A stretch of 64,000 nucleotides of DNA, from IMG/VR virus record IMGVR_UViG_3300018915_000002; one strand, 5' to 3'. Numbering within the stretch: the stretch's first letter is position 1; each line of letters begins with the position of its first letter. Position numbers and translations under genes: made by a program. Source of the stretch: a virus. Shown here in pieces: positions 47,423 to 57,597 of the stretch. Below the pieces are notes generated by a model that saw only the letters and a program-made list of their open reading frames with translations, ran no database searches and had not been told where the DNA came from.

Positions 47423-48490
47423 ATGCAAAGACTCGTAACCCTCGTCCACACGGGCGCTCAAGGTCAATTGTCTCCTAACTGGGACAAGAATTTCTTGTTA
47501 AATCCTGGTTTTCGGATTTCTCAATCCCCTCTCGGAAGCTCCTTTAATTTCGCCGCCTCCACCGTTGCTTTGTTGCAATACACTCTCGACCAGTGGCTAG
47601 CTGCCTTTACCCCAGATGGAGGAACAACTGCCGCTGCCGTTGTCTCACGACAAAACTTTGTGTTGGGGCAAGGCGTTGTCGCTAGGGAACCTGTCAACTT
47701 TTTGAGAGTTCAAAATAGCACGGTTGGGGTAAACCTAGGGGTTAACTCGTTCCATAACATAATCCAAAGAATGGAGGGTGTTCGGACACTTGCTGGGGAG
47801 GTTGTTACCCTCTCGTTCTGGGCACAGAGTTCAATTCCTAATAAAGTGCTAGGAATTTACTTCCTGCAATCCTTCGGATCGGGTGGAACTCCTAGTAATA
47901 CTGTTGGACTTGTAGGGGGCAGTTGTGTTCTAAGTACGTCTTGGCAAAAATTCACCCTAACGGCTAGGATTCCGACTCTTGCAGGCAAGGTACTAGGAAC
48001 AAACGGGGATGATCATTTAGCCGTCATTTTTGTCCTCCAAGGGGGCGCAACGATAATCGATCCCTTGTGCAGAACCACTGGAGGAATTGCTTGGGGTGGA
48101 ACCGGGACTGTCGATTTCGCCAATATTCAGCTTGAAATGGGTTCAACTGATAGCGACTTTTTTGTTCGTCCACCCGAAGTGGACTTGCTCCGCTGTCGGC
48201 GCTTTTACTATTATCAAGCCAATTCGCAACATGCTTGGTATGCGATCGATGCTACCTACTTAGAAGGCAGCAATTTCTTCCCGACTCCCATGAGAATCCC
48301 GCCCTCTTTGAGGTTTACTTCAAACGCTGGAGGCACTTTAGGGCTGATGCATACGGTTTCGGGAGTTGTTGTCAATGACATCGGTGGTAGTCCTTCAACT
48401 CACGGTGTTACAGAACTGTATTCTGGTGCCAATCGTTTGTCTGTGGGCGGAATTTACTATGGTTTTATGGAAGCGAATGCAAGACTATGA
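47423..48490 (+). CDS. Tail fibre/receptor-binding protein
   Basis: LLNPGFRISQ, VTLSFWA, IQLEMGS, LLRCRRFY, PTPMRIPP. Confidence 0.75.
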   Translation: MQRLVTLVHTGAQGQLSPNWDKNFLLNPGFRISQSPLGSSFNFAASTVALLQYTLDQWLAAFTPDGGTTAAAVVSRQNFVLGQGVVAREPVNFLRVQNSTVGVNLGVNSFHNIIQRMEGVRTLAGEVVTLSFWAQSSIPNKVLGIYFLQSFGSGGTPSNTVGLVGGSCVLSTSWQKFTLTARIPTLAGKVLGTNGDDHLAVIFVLQGGATIIDPLCRTTGGIAWGGTGTVDFANIQLEMGSTDSDFFVRPPEVDLLRCRRFYYYQANSQHAWYAIDATYLEGSNFFPTPMRIPPSLRFTSNAGGTLGLMHTVSGVVVNDIGGSPSTHGVTELYSGANRLSVGGIYYGFMEANARL

Positions 48491-48987
48491 CTATTAGCTA
48501 TAAAAGAAACCGGAATTTTTTCCTTCGCTTTGTTGATGGCGAATTTGAAGGAACATCGTTTCCTGATGATATGGCGAATCCTGATCGCCAAGCCCTCCAA
48601 GAATGGCTAGATGCAGGGAACGAAGTAGAAGAAATACAATCCGCTGCTCCAGAGCCATCTGTAGACAAATGGAAAGGACTTGCCGCCGCATTCAAATTAT
48701 CTGAACTCAATGGCATTCTCAAGGGACTTAAAGATGCAGGGGATAACCCAAAAGTCAACGCCATCTGGCGAATCTCCGATGACCTGACGTTAGTGATCTT
48801 GAACGATGTATTCAGCGACGATATTCGCACGAAGTCAATGACGCAAGAGTTCATCGCTTTATTCCAGAAATTAGAGGAAGGGGAAGTAGTGGTGCCTGAC
48901 TCAGCTCGGATCGAGATTCGCGAAGCTTTAGAAAGACTGGGCTTTGACTCAGTTGTTGAAGCCTTGTCACGGAATTCCGTGGTCTAA
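48487..48987 (+). CDS. Probable tail-fibre assembly chaperone
   Basis: P.D..N.DR....EWL.AGN motif directly after the fibre gene. Confidence 0.6.
   Translation: MTISYKRNRNFFLRFVDGEFEGTSFPDDMANPDRQALQEWLDAGNEVEEIQSAAPEPSVDKWKGLAAAFKLSELNGILKGLKDAGDNPKVNAIWRISDDLTLVILNDVFSDDIRTKSMTQEFIALFQKLEEGEVVVPDSARIEIREALERLGFDSVVEALSRNSVV
48968..48981. repeat. Perfect palindrome CACGGA-AT-TCCGTG
   Basis: Exact copy at convergent stop codons. Confidence 0.95.
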
Positions 48988-50075
48988 TTTGTCAGGTTCT
49001 TGAACACCAGTCTGAATATAGTAGTAGGCAATCCCCCTCGGACATTAGACTTGGCTGCAACCCCCATGCCCCCTTCTAATTCCAAGGGGATTGTCTCTTG
49101 CCCACCACCTGCACCAATCCCGCCCTCTACATAGCAGCCAAGCGTTAAATCCAGTGGAGGTAGGTAGAGTCTTCCTTCGTCACGAACCTTGTGCATGATT
49201 TGATTCGCGATCGCCTGAGCGTCCTGCCGTTCGGCAGCCATCACCGATACTTCAATCGGCAAGTCAAAGTTCGCTACGGGATAATCTAGCTCTGATCTAC
49301 CCTTCTCTGTCAGCACAGGCTCATACCGCAATGGGGCATGATATTCACGGATATCCAGTTCTCTTAATACTACGCAAGGGGATTGCTCTATCTGGTAAAT
49401 CCCCTCAGTGAACTCCACCTGGGGTTTTATTGAAAAAAGGAGCTGTATTGGCTGAGGTGGCAAAGGAGTTTCAGGACGAATGCTGTTACCCGATGCGATC
49501 GCCTTTATCGGTAGTCCTTCAAGCCCCCACACCTGCACATCTAACAGTTGCCCCACGTTGTAGCCCTTGGGAATTTCTACTGACCCATCAGCTTTTAGTC
49601 GAGTGATGCGATTAAGTCGGTAGGGCTGCGAGAGCCAATTTGGAATAGCAAACTGTAACATATACTCGATTGGATCTATTTCAACCTCATACCCAACGAT
49701 CAGTTCCTTGAGCGTCTTCCCCTGTTCAATCCGAGCGTGGAACTGCAACGCTCCAGCCCAAAGCCCAATCCCTTCACGAATCGTTTCTGGGGATTGATAG
49801 ATGGCTTCTGGAGTAGGTCGCCATATCCCATCCCAGTAAAAGAAGCCTGGTTCTTGTCCTGACGGTCGATATCCGTTGGGGGCATAGACTGCAATGGTTA
49901 TTCCCTCCTCTGGGTGTGCCTGAAACCCTAAATAGTGCCATGCAGATCGAGGATGAACTACCGGGGTTACCACCCTCCCCTCTTCTTTGGCAATTAAGTT
50001 GTCTTTATAGAAGAAAACACCTGAATGTGGCTGCTGAAAGAGCGCGATCGCACTGAAATTGCGAATTATTTTCAT
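48984..50075 (-). CDS. Possible tail terminator/completion protein
   Basis: PCVVL...FDLPIEVSVMA....A..IAN pattern. Confidence 0.45.
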   Translation of the reverse strand: MKIIRNFSAIALFQQPHSGVFFYKDNLIAKEEGRVVTPVVHPRSAWHYLGFQAHPEEGITIAVYAPNGYRPSGQEPGFFYWDGIWRPTPEAIYQSPETIREGIGLWAGALQFHARIEQGKTLKELIVGYEVEIDPIEYMLQFAIPNWLSQPYRLNRITRLKADGSVEIPKGYNVGQLLDVQVWGLEGLPIKAIASGNSIRPETPLPPQPIQLLFSIKPQVEFTEGIYQIEQSPCVVLRELDIREYHAPLRYEPVLTEKGRSELDYPVANFDLPIEVSVMAAERQDAQAIANQIMHKVRDEGRLYLPPLDLTLGCYVEGGIGAGGGQETIPLELEGGMGVAAKSNVRGGLPTTIFRLVFKNLTN

Positions 50076-50161
50076 ATTGTTATAACGAAACTATTGACAC
50101 ATAAGTAAAACTTATGAGATAATAGAGATATCAAAAGATTACTACAACTAAAGCAAAAACC

Positions 50162-50482
50162 ATGAACGCGATTATTTTCCTCGTCGTAACCGTGCTATTT
50201 CCTGTTGCTGATATTATCTGGCAAGCAAGATGTAATCAGAAGTTTGGGCAAATGGGTCATTTTATTGACATAGTGATTCACTCCTCCGACTTCTCTCACC
50301 TAGCCGCTGTCAGCATAATCGCTGCACTTGTTACAGTGTGCTTCCTCTTTGTTTGGGCTAAAGCCATGAAGTGGGCTTTCCCAAAACTGAATAAGTTGTT
50401 TGGAGAGGAGGTTGTCGGAACCTTTATCTGGTTCTGCCTCACCCTCTGGCCCATCGCAGTTAACGCGATAAAGCATTTTTGA
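50162..50482 (+). CDS. Three-TM membrane protein
   Basis: Hydrophobic segments; AAAGCAAAAACC-ATG. Confidence 0.65.
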   Translation: MNAIIFLVVTVLFPVADIIWQARCNQKFGQMGHFIDIVIHSSDFSHLAAVSIIAALVTVCFLFVWAKAMKWAFPKLNKLFGEEVVGTFIWFCLTLWPIAVNAIKHF

Positions 50483-50487
50483 TAAAG

Positions 50488-50522
50488 AGTCCTCGTCACG
50501 GAGTCCCGTGGTGAGGACTTTC
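50488..50522 (+). terminator. Terminator built around palindrome variant CACGGA-GT-CCCGTG (50497-50510)
   Basis: AGTCCTC...GAGGACT-TTT. Confidence 0.7.
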
Positions 50523-50577
50523 TGTTTGTATGTCATTTTACGCTACAATGTGAATAGCTACTTATTAAAGCAAAGTC

Positions 50578-51366
50578 ATGCACAAGAAACTGGATAAAAC
50601 CCTCCGTCGCCGCTACTATCGGTGGCGGAACATGGAAAACAATTACTGGAAACTTCCGATTGAGGTCAGTGAAGATGGATACTTGATTGCTCGGTATAAT
50701 TCCCTTGGTATTTCTTGGCGCGAGGAAAAAACACCAATTCTTGCATTTCCACCGGGATGCAAGGGAGAGGAGGGTGTTATGGCAACTGAATGGCAGAAAT
50801 CACAACTGCCATCCTCGATGAATATGTCGGCATACCTGCTGTTTAAGCATTTTTGTCATTCAGATGACCCCGACGTATTTCTTGAACCAACTCCGATACC
50901 AGAGCGGTTAACTATTGCGATGGGGCATTACGTCTCTGTTGTGATGGAGTGCGATCGCTCTATCACCATATATCCCACGCCAGCAGCCTTTGAGGAAATG
51001 GACGAGCTTCTCAAGATGAAGCCACTCGATGCTTCATACGAGTTGTTCGGTGATCTGCTTCGCAATGGGTGGGATTCTGACTTTGAACTTTACGAGCAAG
51101 TAACCGAAGACGGAGCGTTTTACCTTGACGATGATCGAGGTGAAGGTTACTTCTGGGTATACGGCTGGAGCTATGACGATTATGTTTTTCGTCTCTTGCA
51201 TGAAGATATCCTACTTCGTGGAGAAGCCAAGATGTCTTATTTTCGCAGTGACCTTAGCGATATCCAGCGGGATGTTTTATATCGACAGCAAAATGGAGTA
51301 GGTGATGAACCGTCCTTAGCTAAAAAACTTGCCGAAGCCTGTGGATATGAGGTGATTATCGAGTAG
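50578..51366 (+). CDS. Accessory hypothetical protein
   Basis: CGCTACAAT and AAAGCAAAGTC-ATG. Confidence 0.7.
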   Translation: MHKKLDKTLRRRYYRWRNMENNYWKLPIEVSEDGYLIARYNSLGISWREEKTPILAFPPGCKGEEGVMATEWQKSQLPSSMNMSAYLLFKHFCHSDDPDVFLEPTPIPERLTIAMGHYVSVVMECDRSITIYPTPAAFEEMDELLKMKPLDASYELFGDLLRNGWDSDFELYEQVTEDGAFYLDDDRGEGYFWVYGWSYDDYVFRLLHEDILLRGEAKMSYFRSDLSDIQRDVLYRQQNGVGDEPSLAKKLAEACGYEVIIE

Positions 51367-51377
51367 CATTTGCTACG

Positions 51378-51417
51378 GAAAAACCCCTGTCATGAATCGC
51401 CATGACAGGGGTTTTTC
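51378..51417. terminator. Bidirectional terminator
   Basis: GAAAAACCCCTGTCATG / CATGACAGGGGTTTTTC. Confidence 0.8.
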
Positions 51418-51421
51418 GTGC

Positions 51422-51949
51422 CTAAATTTGGTATTCCAGTTCTCTCCAGAAGTTCTTAAGCTCCTTCCTCGCCTCTTCCCTCGCATCGCGCAGCGAGTAT
51501 TCCCAAGAGTGTCGTGCGGGAATTTGAATATGGGTGGTTGTCGCTTTCAGGAATATTCCATGATAGGCAAGAAACCCTCTCATCCGTTGCGTTACCTGGA
51601 TTGTTGCACCTTGGTCTTGGACTTTTGCCACTGTTGTAGGACGACCTTTGGGGATACCAAGTGTAGCGGTAAAGGTATTCCCTTGCTGGTTGTAGGTCAA
51701 TTCGATATGATTGCGAATGCCACTGCCATTTGGCTCACCTAATCGTTTGTAAAGGTGCCTTGTTACTGCACTCAATGGAGGGGGTTGCCCACCTCTCCCT
51801 TGAGTCGCAAGGCGATCGCGATACGTGTCATCAAAAAACTGTGCTGATTGCCTCGCCCACTGCTCTCCTATACGAGGAACCTCTTTCTCAATTTCAGTGA
51901 GGCGTGTTCGTAGCAGGGGATAATTGTTTTTTTTGGTAGTTAACCGCAT
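51422..51949 (-). CDS. Virion morphogenesis/neck protein
   Basis: PPLSAVT, AKVQDQGATI, IQIPAR. Confidence 0.7.
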   Translation of the reverse strand: MRLTTKKNNYPLLRTRLTEIEKEVPRIGEQWARQSAQFFDDTYRDRLATQGRGGQPPPLSAVTRHLYKRLGEPNGSGIRNHIELTYNQQGNTFTATLGIPKGRPTTVAKVQDQGATIQVTQRMRGFLAYHGIFLKATTTHIQIPARHSWEYSLRDAREEARKELKNFWRELEYQI

Positions 51950-52393
51950 TTAAATGTAGGGGCGTGGCGACATTGAATTGAGTTGAGACTGCATCTGACT
52001 CACCATACTCTGGAACATAAAGGCATGTTGAGCTACAACAATCTCCTTGAGATTTGCCTCTATCACCTGCCTGACAAATTCAGAAGGGGTAGCGCCAGTG
52101 GCTGTCCAGATGCCCTGCTGGTATTCGGGCTTAGCTAATTCCTCTTTGATCTTTTCAACAAAGATTGCCTTGATCTCCTCTTCAATCAGAACCTTTAATG
52201 GAGCTTTGACTGTTGACGACCTGCCAGAGTAAAGATCATTTTGGACTCTATCTTCTGTAAATGCTTTTATCTCTCCTTGGACTAACGCATCAAATTCCTC
52301 TGGCGAAATCAGCTCTAGAAATGTTTCCCGAATTCGATCAGATACACGGCTTTTGATGTCACGAGGCTTGGCAAGGCTTGAGTCGTCTGTCAT
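51950..52393 (-). CDS. Hypothetical protein
   Basis: Start reassigned to avoid overlap with 52427. Confidence 0.6.
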   Translation of the reverse strand: MTDDSSLAKPRDIKSRVSDRIRETFLELISPEEFDALVQGEIKAFTEDRVQNDLYSGRSSTVKAPLKVLIEEEIKAIFVEKIKEELAKPEYQQGIWTATGATPSEFVRQVIEANLKEIVVAQHAFMFQSMVSQMQSQLNSMSPRPYI

Positions 52394-52426
52394 CGTATTA
52401 GAACAAGAGAGCAACCCCTCGATCTT

Positions 52427-52870
52427 ATGACTAACTGGCTTGCCCAACAACCCAAGTCTTGGTTCTACCTCGAAGCGCTGCGGAATTGCGCCCGTGAAAA
52501 GGGCGATGATATTCGGATGTGCAAGAGATCGCTCGTCCAGGAATCGCAACCTGAATATGGTGTACCAGCCGAGTATGGATGGGTTTGCCGCCCACTTGAA
52601 GGCTGGGTAATTACTAAGAAGCTAAGTGCGATCGCAATCAATCAAGGTGCAGGCGCAATCAAGGATTCAGAAGAGAATGCCTATATTTTCCCAATTGACT
52701 TTTCCCTAAAGGATATTGATGAATCGACCTACTTCTGGGTCAACACGCGGTTCTATCAGGTGGAACTAATCTACGTTTGCCCACATAGGCATGACGTGAT
52801 TTTGTACTATCAATTTCGGCTGATAGAGACTGATGAAACCATTGACGAGGCTATATCTAGCGAACAATAA
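52427..52870 (+). CDS. Possible head-tail adaptor/closure protein
   Basis: Beta-rich, 147 aa, near the neck gene. Confidence 0.45.
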   Translation: MTNWLAQQPKSWFYLEALRNCAREKGDDIRMCKRSLVQESQPEYGVPAEYGWVCRPLEGWVITKKLSAIAINQGAGAIKDSEENAYIFPIDFSLKDIDESTYFWVNTRFYQVELIYVCPHRHDVILYYQFRLIETDETIDEAISSEQ

Positions 52871-52987
52871 CAGCTAAACAAGCAAGCCCCCTTGAATGTA
52901 TTCAAGGGGGGCTTATTGAGTTTAAATTATATGTAACAAGTCGTTAACAACAAAAGTCGCCTTCTATGAGGGCGGCTTTTCTTGTAG

Positions 52988-53001
52988 CACGGAACTCCGT
53001 G
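52988..53001. repeat. Palindrome CACGGA-AC-TCCGTG
   Basis: Exact copy, abuts the stop at 53002; terminator at about 52951-52980. Confidence 0.95.
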
Positions 53002-53280
53002 TTACGCTTCGGAATGCTTGGAAAACCCAACGATTTTTTGAGCTACTGCTACCTGCAACCCTTCCTCCAAGTCATCGAAGACCGAACCAATTTGGTTCTC
53101 GACGAGAAACTGACGGTGTTGGGTGTAGTCGCCTCCATTCTCATGGATGAAGCTTGGCAACAAAGTACCATCGTAAATTGCCTTGACAGCAGGCGTTCCC
53201 CGATCAACAGGAGCGCCGTAGGTTACGACTGGCGTTGAGTAGATGCGTCGGGAAAGTGATTCCCATGTATTGTCAGGCAT
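53002..53280 (-). CDS. Hypothetical protein
   Basis: Coupled within the operon. Confidence 0.55.
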   Translation of the reverse strand: MPDNTWESLSRRIYSTPVVTYGAPVDRGTPAVKAIYDGTLLPSFIHENGGDYTQHRQFLVENQIGSVFDDLEEGLQVAVAQKIVGFSKHSEA

Positions 53281-53653
53281 TGCTATCCTCTACTTCTTTG
53301 ATTACCTGTGCCAGCGCTGGAGGTTCCGCCCCATAAAGCTCTGTTTGTAGTTTTAGTTCCTCCCTAAAGACATCTATAGGGATATTTTCTTTTTTTGCTA
53401 CACACCAGATTGCCCTCCACATCGCCACTCGGTATTCATAGGATGGTTCTACTCCACTGTTGACAACTTCCTGTCCGTCACGATAGGTTCCGTAGACGGC
53501 TATCTGCAATCCTCGCTCAACCATCCCCCAGTGCCGTCCGCACATTAAATACTTTGCGGCGATAGGGGCTTTGCAGCCTTTGGCATGACAGCGATGTACT
53601 ACCCGATTTGAAGGATTTCTGGCTGTTCCCGTACTTGAAACTCTCTTGCCCAT
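53273..53653 (-). CDS. Zinc-finger hypothetical protein
   Basis: HRCHAKGC...MCGRHW. Confidence 0.65.
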   Translation of the reverse strand: MGKRVSSTGTARNPSNRVVHRCHAKGCKAPIAAKYLMCGRHWGMVERGLQIAVYGTYRDGQEVVNSGVEPSYEYRVAMWRAIWCVAKKENIPIDVFREELKLQTELYGAEPPALAQVIKEVEDSNA

Positions 53654-54585
53654 TCCTCTGGATTCCCTCCTTTTTTGTCTTCAAATTCTACTTGCCAGTT
53701 TGTGGATTCAGCCCCAGTTCCCGCTATATAGGGAGCCGAATCCACAGGGTTCGCGCCCATTTGCTTGAAGAATGCCTTGACACCATGCTCTCGACACTGG
53801 TGAAGAATTGATCGCCCCCAATTTAGGTTGAACTGTCGCGCTTTATGACCGGATTCTCCGCCAATGATCACCCAGTCTACGGGATATTTATCGAGGTGCA
53901 GGTTCACGTCTCCCAGTAATGGCTCTGCCGAGATGAAGGTGTGCCAGCCCTGTCGCTTGAGTTGATGCATCATAGGCATCCGTTCATCCGCTCTGATTTG
54001 ATCTTCCACGGAAGCGCCCAGCATCATGTTGGGAAGGGGAAATTGATCACATTGCTTCCCATCAAGTTTGCCGCCCACTTTATACTTATCGATTGCCTCG
54101 TTGATTACTTCAAAATGCTGTCCTGGAGGCAAGGATAAGTCCGTAATGAGGTTTATCAGGGAAATATGGGAGTCTTTGTACTTAATAGCTGACTGAACAC
54201 TGCTCCTCAGGGGAGAATCCAGCCATCTCAGAGCGCATTCTGGTCGTTTGGTTAGCATCAAGAATCGATGCAGTGGGCATAAGGCTGCTGTCAAGAATGC
54301 CATTGCGATCCAGTCGTCTGGAGACTCCTCGTGGAATGGATCGGTCATTGAAGGGAACCATGTTGTTGGTTTTGACAGCAGAGGTTCAATTAACCCCATT
54401 ACGTGGAAGTTGAGTGTTCCATCCCATGCCGCGATCTCCTCTGTGTATTGAGGTACTTTTGGGTTCTTCGCTAACCTCTTAGCAATCTTTTCGGCGTAGC
54501 ATCTGGCGCAACCGGGGCTTTTCGGCGAACACCCTTGTTGATACCCCCAGGAGTCGCCTACCCACTCAATTGTGGTTTTACTCAT
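53599..54585 (-). CDS. DUF5131 / phage Gp37Gp68 radical-SAM-like protein
   Basis: TTIEW, GCSPKSPGCARCYA, SMTDPFH, LTKRP, SAEPLL, WVIIGGESG, FFKQMG. Confidence 0.9.
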   Translation of the reverse strand: MSKTTIEWVGDSWGYQQGCSPKSPGCARCYAEKIAKRLAKNPKVPQYTEEIAAWDGTLNFHVMGLIEPLLSKPTTWFPSMTDPFHEESPDDWIAMAFLTAALCPLHRFLMLTKRPECALRWLDSPLRSSVQSAIKYKDSHISLINLITDLSLPPGQHFEVINEAIDKYKVGGKLDGKQCDQFPLPNMMLGASVEDQIRADERMPMMHQLKRQGWHTFISAEPLLGDVNLHLDKYPVDWVIIGGESGHKARQFNLNWGRSILHQCREHGVKAFFKQMGANPVDSAPYIAGTGAESTNWQVEFEDKKGGNPEEWAREFQVREQPEILQIG

Positions 54586-54853
54586 CCTTCACCTCCTCGC
54601 CTGCAATAAATGCGCCAAAGTCTTCTAGTCCATTACCTGATGCATCCAGCATCCATTCTTCTAGTTCCCGAATGGATGACATTGCAAATGCGATCGCGTG
54701 TTTTGCTCTGGTACTTTGCGATCTAAACAATTCTTCGGAGGTGCCTGGAAAATCGTACCCATTTGATAAGAGCCACAGCCGAGCCATTCGTTCCATGAGC
54801 GGATTGAATTGGCTGGGTATGGGATTAGCCGCTGTTCCTCTTAATGTCTTCAT
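54578..54853 (-). CDS. Hypothetical protein
   Basis: Coupled within the operon. Confidence 0.6.
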   Translation of the reverse strand: MKTLRGTAANPIPSQFNPLMERMARLWLLSNGYDFPGTSEELFRSQSTRAKHAIAFAMSSIRELEEWMLDASGNGLEDFGAFIAGEEVKDE

Positions 54854-54855
54854 TG

Positions 54856-56241
54856 TTAATTTCCTATTAGCGATCGCACAATTGCTTCAGCAAGCTTGCA
54901 GGGAACGCCATTCCCAATCCCCTTGCAAGCCAATGTGTTCTTTACTGGCAACTCATACCAGTCTGGTAACGTTTGGAATCGGGCAAGACACCGAGAGGTC
55001 ATCTGCACGACTCTTGCCGAGTTTAAGATTGCCTTTGGCGTAGAGGCTGGACGACGCATCTTCTCTGCCGTGATCGTGAACGACGGCTCATCCATTTCCC
55101 TGACTGTGCAGTCACGGATCGTGTTGACGACATCAATTAGCACGGCTTTTGACTGATGGCTGGGTTTGCCATCGGTAATTACAGTTGGTGCGGGTTCAGA
55201 GTACTCCCTAATCCCATCCCCATACTCCTGATTCGGGTTTTTGGACTGAATGAGCATAGCCCTTAAGGCTTGGTGGCTGCTAGTAACAGTGAGAGCCGGC
55301 TCCTCGTGTTGTCGAGTTGATACAGATTCGCCTCTATTTCCAATGCCACAGACTAAAACAGCCTTGGGTCTATTTCCGGTTCGCTCGGTATCACTTACGG
55401 TTGCCGCAGGTTCGTAGCCTTCACGGATAGTGAAGCTACTGGCATTTCCTCCAGGAACTAAGATTGCTCTAGCTTTGCTATTTGTTGCTGCATCAGCAGG
55501 GATTGTAGGTAGAGGCTGATCCCTTTTTCTTATCCCTGGAATCGTTGGACGGTTATCTATTGCGAATTGCAAGAAGCTTTCCGAGCAGTTCGAGCCACCA
55601 ATCCACAAATCCCCATCAATGTCTTGCCCTTTTTCAAGGGCAGCCCCTAGTCGATCTAGCTGCCACTTGGCAAGCTTTGTTTCTGGCAGGGTTGGCAATA
55701 AATCCTCAATTGACTGATACCATCCCATCCAGTCCTGGGTTTGCGGCATTGGTGGTACAAATCCATGTCTGACCGCACGGAGAATCAATCTTCTACGGGT
55801 CTGAGGAACCCCGAAGTCGGCGGAATTGACTACCTGTCGGTCAATCCAATATCCGAGGCTATATAGCGTATCCTCTATTATTTTCAAAGACTTACTTCGC
55901 TTGTAAGCCTCGACGTTTTCCAGGATGAAATACTGGGGTTCTAAGGCTGTAATGGCATCCTCAATTGCAAAAGCGAAGTCCAGATCTAAGCCACTTTCCT
56001 TCGCGCCCTTCTTCGCTACGCTGAAATTAATGCATGGAGGGCTAGCCCAGAGGATGTCGGGCTTCTCTAGTTTTCTAAAATCGGTTTTGCTCACCGATTG
56101 ACATAGGACTTTGTGTCCTAGTTGACGAGACACTTCTGCGATCGCCTCATCAATCTCAATTCCCCAAGCCAGTTCACAACCTGCCAGTTTTGCGCCAATG
56201 TCGGCTAGTCCAAAGCCAGTGAAAAGTGATGCAAAGATCAT
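54856..56241 (-). CDS. DNA (cytosine-5) methyltransferase with repeated variable region
   Basis: LFTGFG (I), SPPC (IV), ENV (VI), QTRRR (VIII), RFQT (IX), GNGV (X). Confidence 0.93.
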   Translation of the reverse strand: MIFASLFTGFGLADIGAKLAGCELAWGIEIDEAIAEVSRQLGHKVLCQSVSKTDFRKLEKPDILWASPPCINFSVAKKGAKESGLDLDFAFAIEDAITALEPQYFILENVEAYKRSKSLKIIEDTLYSLGYWIDRQVVNSADFGVPQTRRRLILRAVRHGFVPPMPQTQDWMGWYQSIEDLLPTLPETKLAKWQLDRLGAALEKGQDIDGDLWIGGSNCSESFLQFAIDNRPTIPGIRKRDQPLPTIPADAATNSKARAILVPGGNASSFTIREGYEPAATVSDTERTGNRPKAVLVCGIGNRGESVSTRQHEEPALTVTSSHQALRAMLIQSKNPNQEYGDGIREYSEPAPTVITDGKPSHQSKAVLIDVVNTIRDCTVREMDEPSFTITAEKMRRPASTPKAILNSARVVQMTSRCLARFQTLPDWYELPVKNTLACKGIGNGVPCKLAEAIVRSLIGN

Positions 56242-57059
56242 TCACTTCCTCCTTCACGGACTTCCGTGGTGAAGTTTAAAGCCCAGACCCAAGGGTTGGG
56301 ATAAGCATGGCAGGGAATACCCTTGCGACAAGCATTGAGGGGCTTTTCGGGGATGTCATCCTCGTCCCAAGGGTAGCAGATATAGTAAGCAAGGGTTCCC
56401 CCTTTACGGACGGGAGTCCATTTACCATTTATCTCGTTCCATAGCGATCTGAAACTTCGTCGTCCAGCATCTCCGTCCTGGCTTGTGCAGGGCACTTGAA
56501 GTTCGTAGTTAAAGTATCGCACTCGGCTTTTAAACGGAGGGATTGCTCGCAAGATTTCTAAGGGTTGTATTCCTTCTCTGATCGCATCCTCTTCACTAAT
56601 CTCACTAATGCGCTGAACCCGAACCTCGGTGATCTCCCTCCAAATCCTAGCTGCCCACTTGGGCATGAATATTGCACTATGGCTTTCCGTTTCTTTGTGA
56701 TGCGCCCAAGCAATCATCGCTCCCTCATTCTTCTTTGCAACCATGACTGTTTCATGATCCGCGTCATAGTGCCAGCAGTGGTCGCTACCAAGGTAGAGCG
56801 ATTCTTTACAGTAAAGGCGATCGCCTACTTTGTATGGAGCCTTCGATAGCATCAAGGGACTATCTATCAGTGGTGCGTTAGCTTTTTTGTCTCTCCGCCA
56901 CACCCAAGAGCCATTCTCTAAAGTGGGCTGAGGATCGATTATTCTTCGGGTTTGAGTCTTGGGACTTTCATCTCTAAGCAATGCCTTGATCAGGTGCGGC
57001 TTAAAAAGTAAGCCGATATCCTTGCCAGTGGCGACTGGCTCTTTGTCGATGGTTTGCAT
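56238..57059 (-). CDS. ASCH/PUA-like phage protein
   Basis: KTQTRR, GDRLYCKE, FMPKWAAR, ISEEDAIREG, NPWVW. Confidence 0.75.
   Translation of the reverse strand: MQTIDKEPVATGKDIGLLFKPHLIKALLRDESPKTQTRRIIDPQPTLENGSWVWRRDKKANAPLIDSPLMLSKAPYKVGDRLYCKESLYLGSDHCWHYDADHETVMVAKKNEGAMIAWAHHKETESHSAIFMPKWAARIWREITEVRVQRISEISEEDAIREGIQPLEILRAIPPFKSRVRYFNYELQVPCTSQDGDAGRRSFRSLWNEINGKWTPVRKGGTLAYYICYPWDEDDIPEKPLNACRKGIPCHAYPNPWVWALNFTTEVREGGSE
56255..56268. repeat. Palindrome CACGGA-CT-TCCGTG
   Basis: Exact copy in the last codons of a gene, just upstream of the methyltransferase start. Confidence 0.9.
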
Positions 57060-57111
57060 AATGATTTTTGCAAAATACCTTAAAATTGTAACATCACACT
57101 AATTAAAAAAA

Positions 57112-57597
57112 GTGAAGCAGGTTATTGCACTTGGTATTGACCCTGGCTACGGAATTTGTGGATACGGAGTGGTGGGATTAGAGGGCGGTGTTCAGTGGGG
57201 AACAATTGAGACTCCTCCAAATAAGCCATTCCCTAGGCGACTAGTGGAACTTGATCAAGATATTACAACTCTGCTCAAGCAATTTCGCCCTGATGTAGTG
57301 GGGATTGAGGAAGATATGTTTTTGGAGCGCAATACCAATGCATCAACTGTGATGCAAGCCTATGGAGTGATTCGATGCGCGATCGCACGGTTAGACATTC
57401 CTGAAATTAAATTTTCTCCTCGCGAGATCAAAGAAGGCGTTTGCCATAGCCGTGCTAGTAAGTCAGAGATGATTCGAGCTGTCAAAGAACTGTTTGAGAT
57501 TGATCAGCCGATCAAGGAAAATGATTCCGCAGATGGCTTAGCGGCAGCTTATCTCGCGCAAACTCGTTATAAACTAGAATTTTTGACCAATGGTTGA
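57112..57597 (+). CDS. ruvC: Holliday junction resolvase RuvC
   Basis: LGIDPG, GIEE, SADGLAAA. Confidence 0.9.
   Translation: MKQVIALGIDPGYGICGYGVVGLEGGVQWGTIETPPNKPFPRRLVELDQDITTLLKQFRPDVVGIEEDMFLERNTNASTVMQAYGVIRCAIARLDIPEIKFSPREIKEGVCHSRASKSEMIRAVKELFEIDQPIKENDSADGLAAAYLAQTRYKLEFLTNG

Noticed and set aside
39820-48490. Diversity-generating retroelement suggested by Mtd-like N-termini
   Set aside because: No reverse transcriptase and no template/variable repeat pair differing at adenines was seen in the window.
24308-49357. Partial palindrome matches at about 24308, 26504, 45044 and 49344
   Set aside because: Three or more mismatches in one arm and inside CDSs; could be chance, so not counted.
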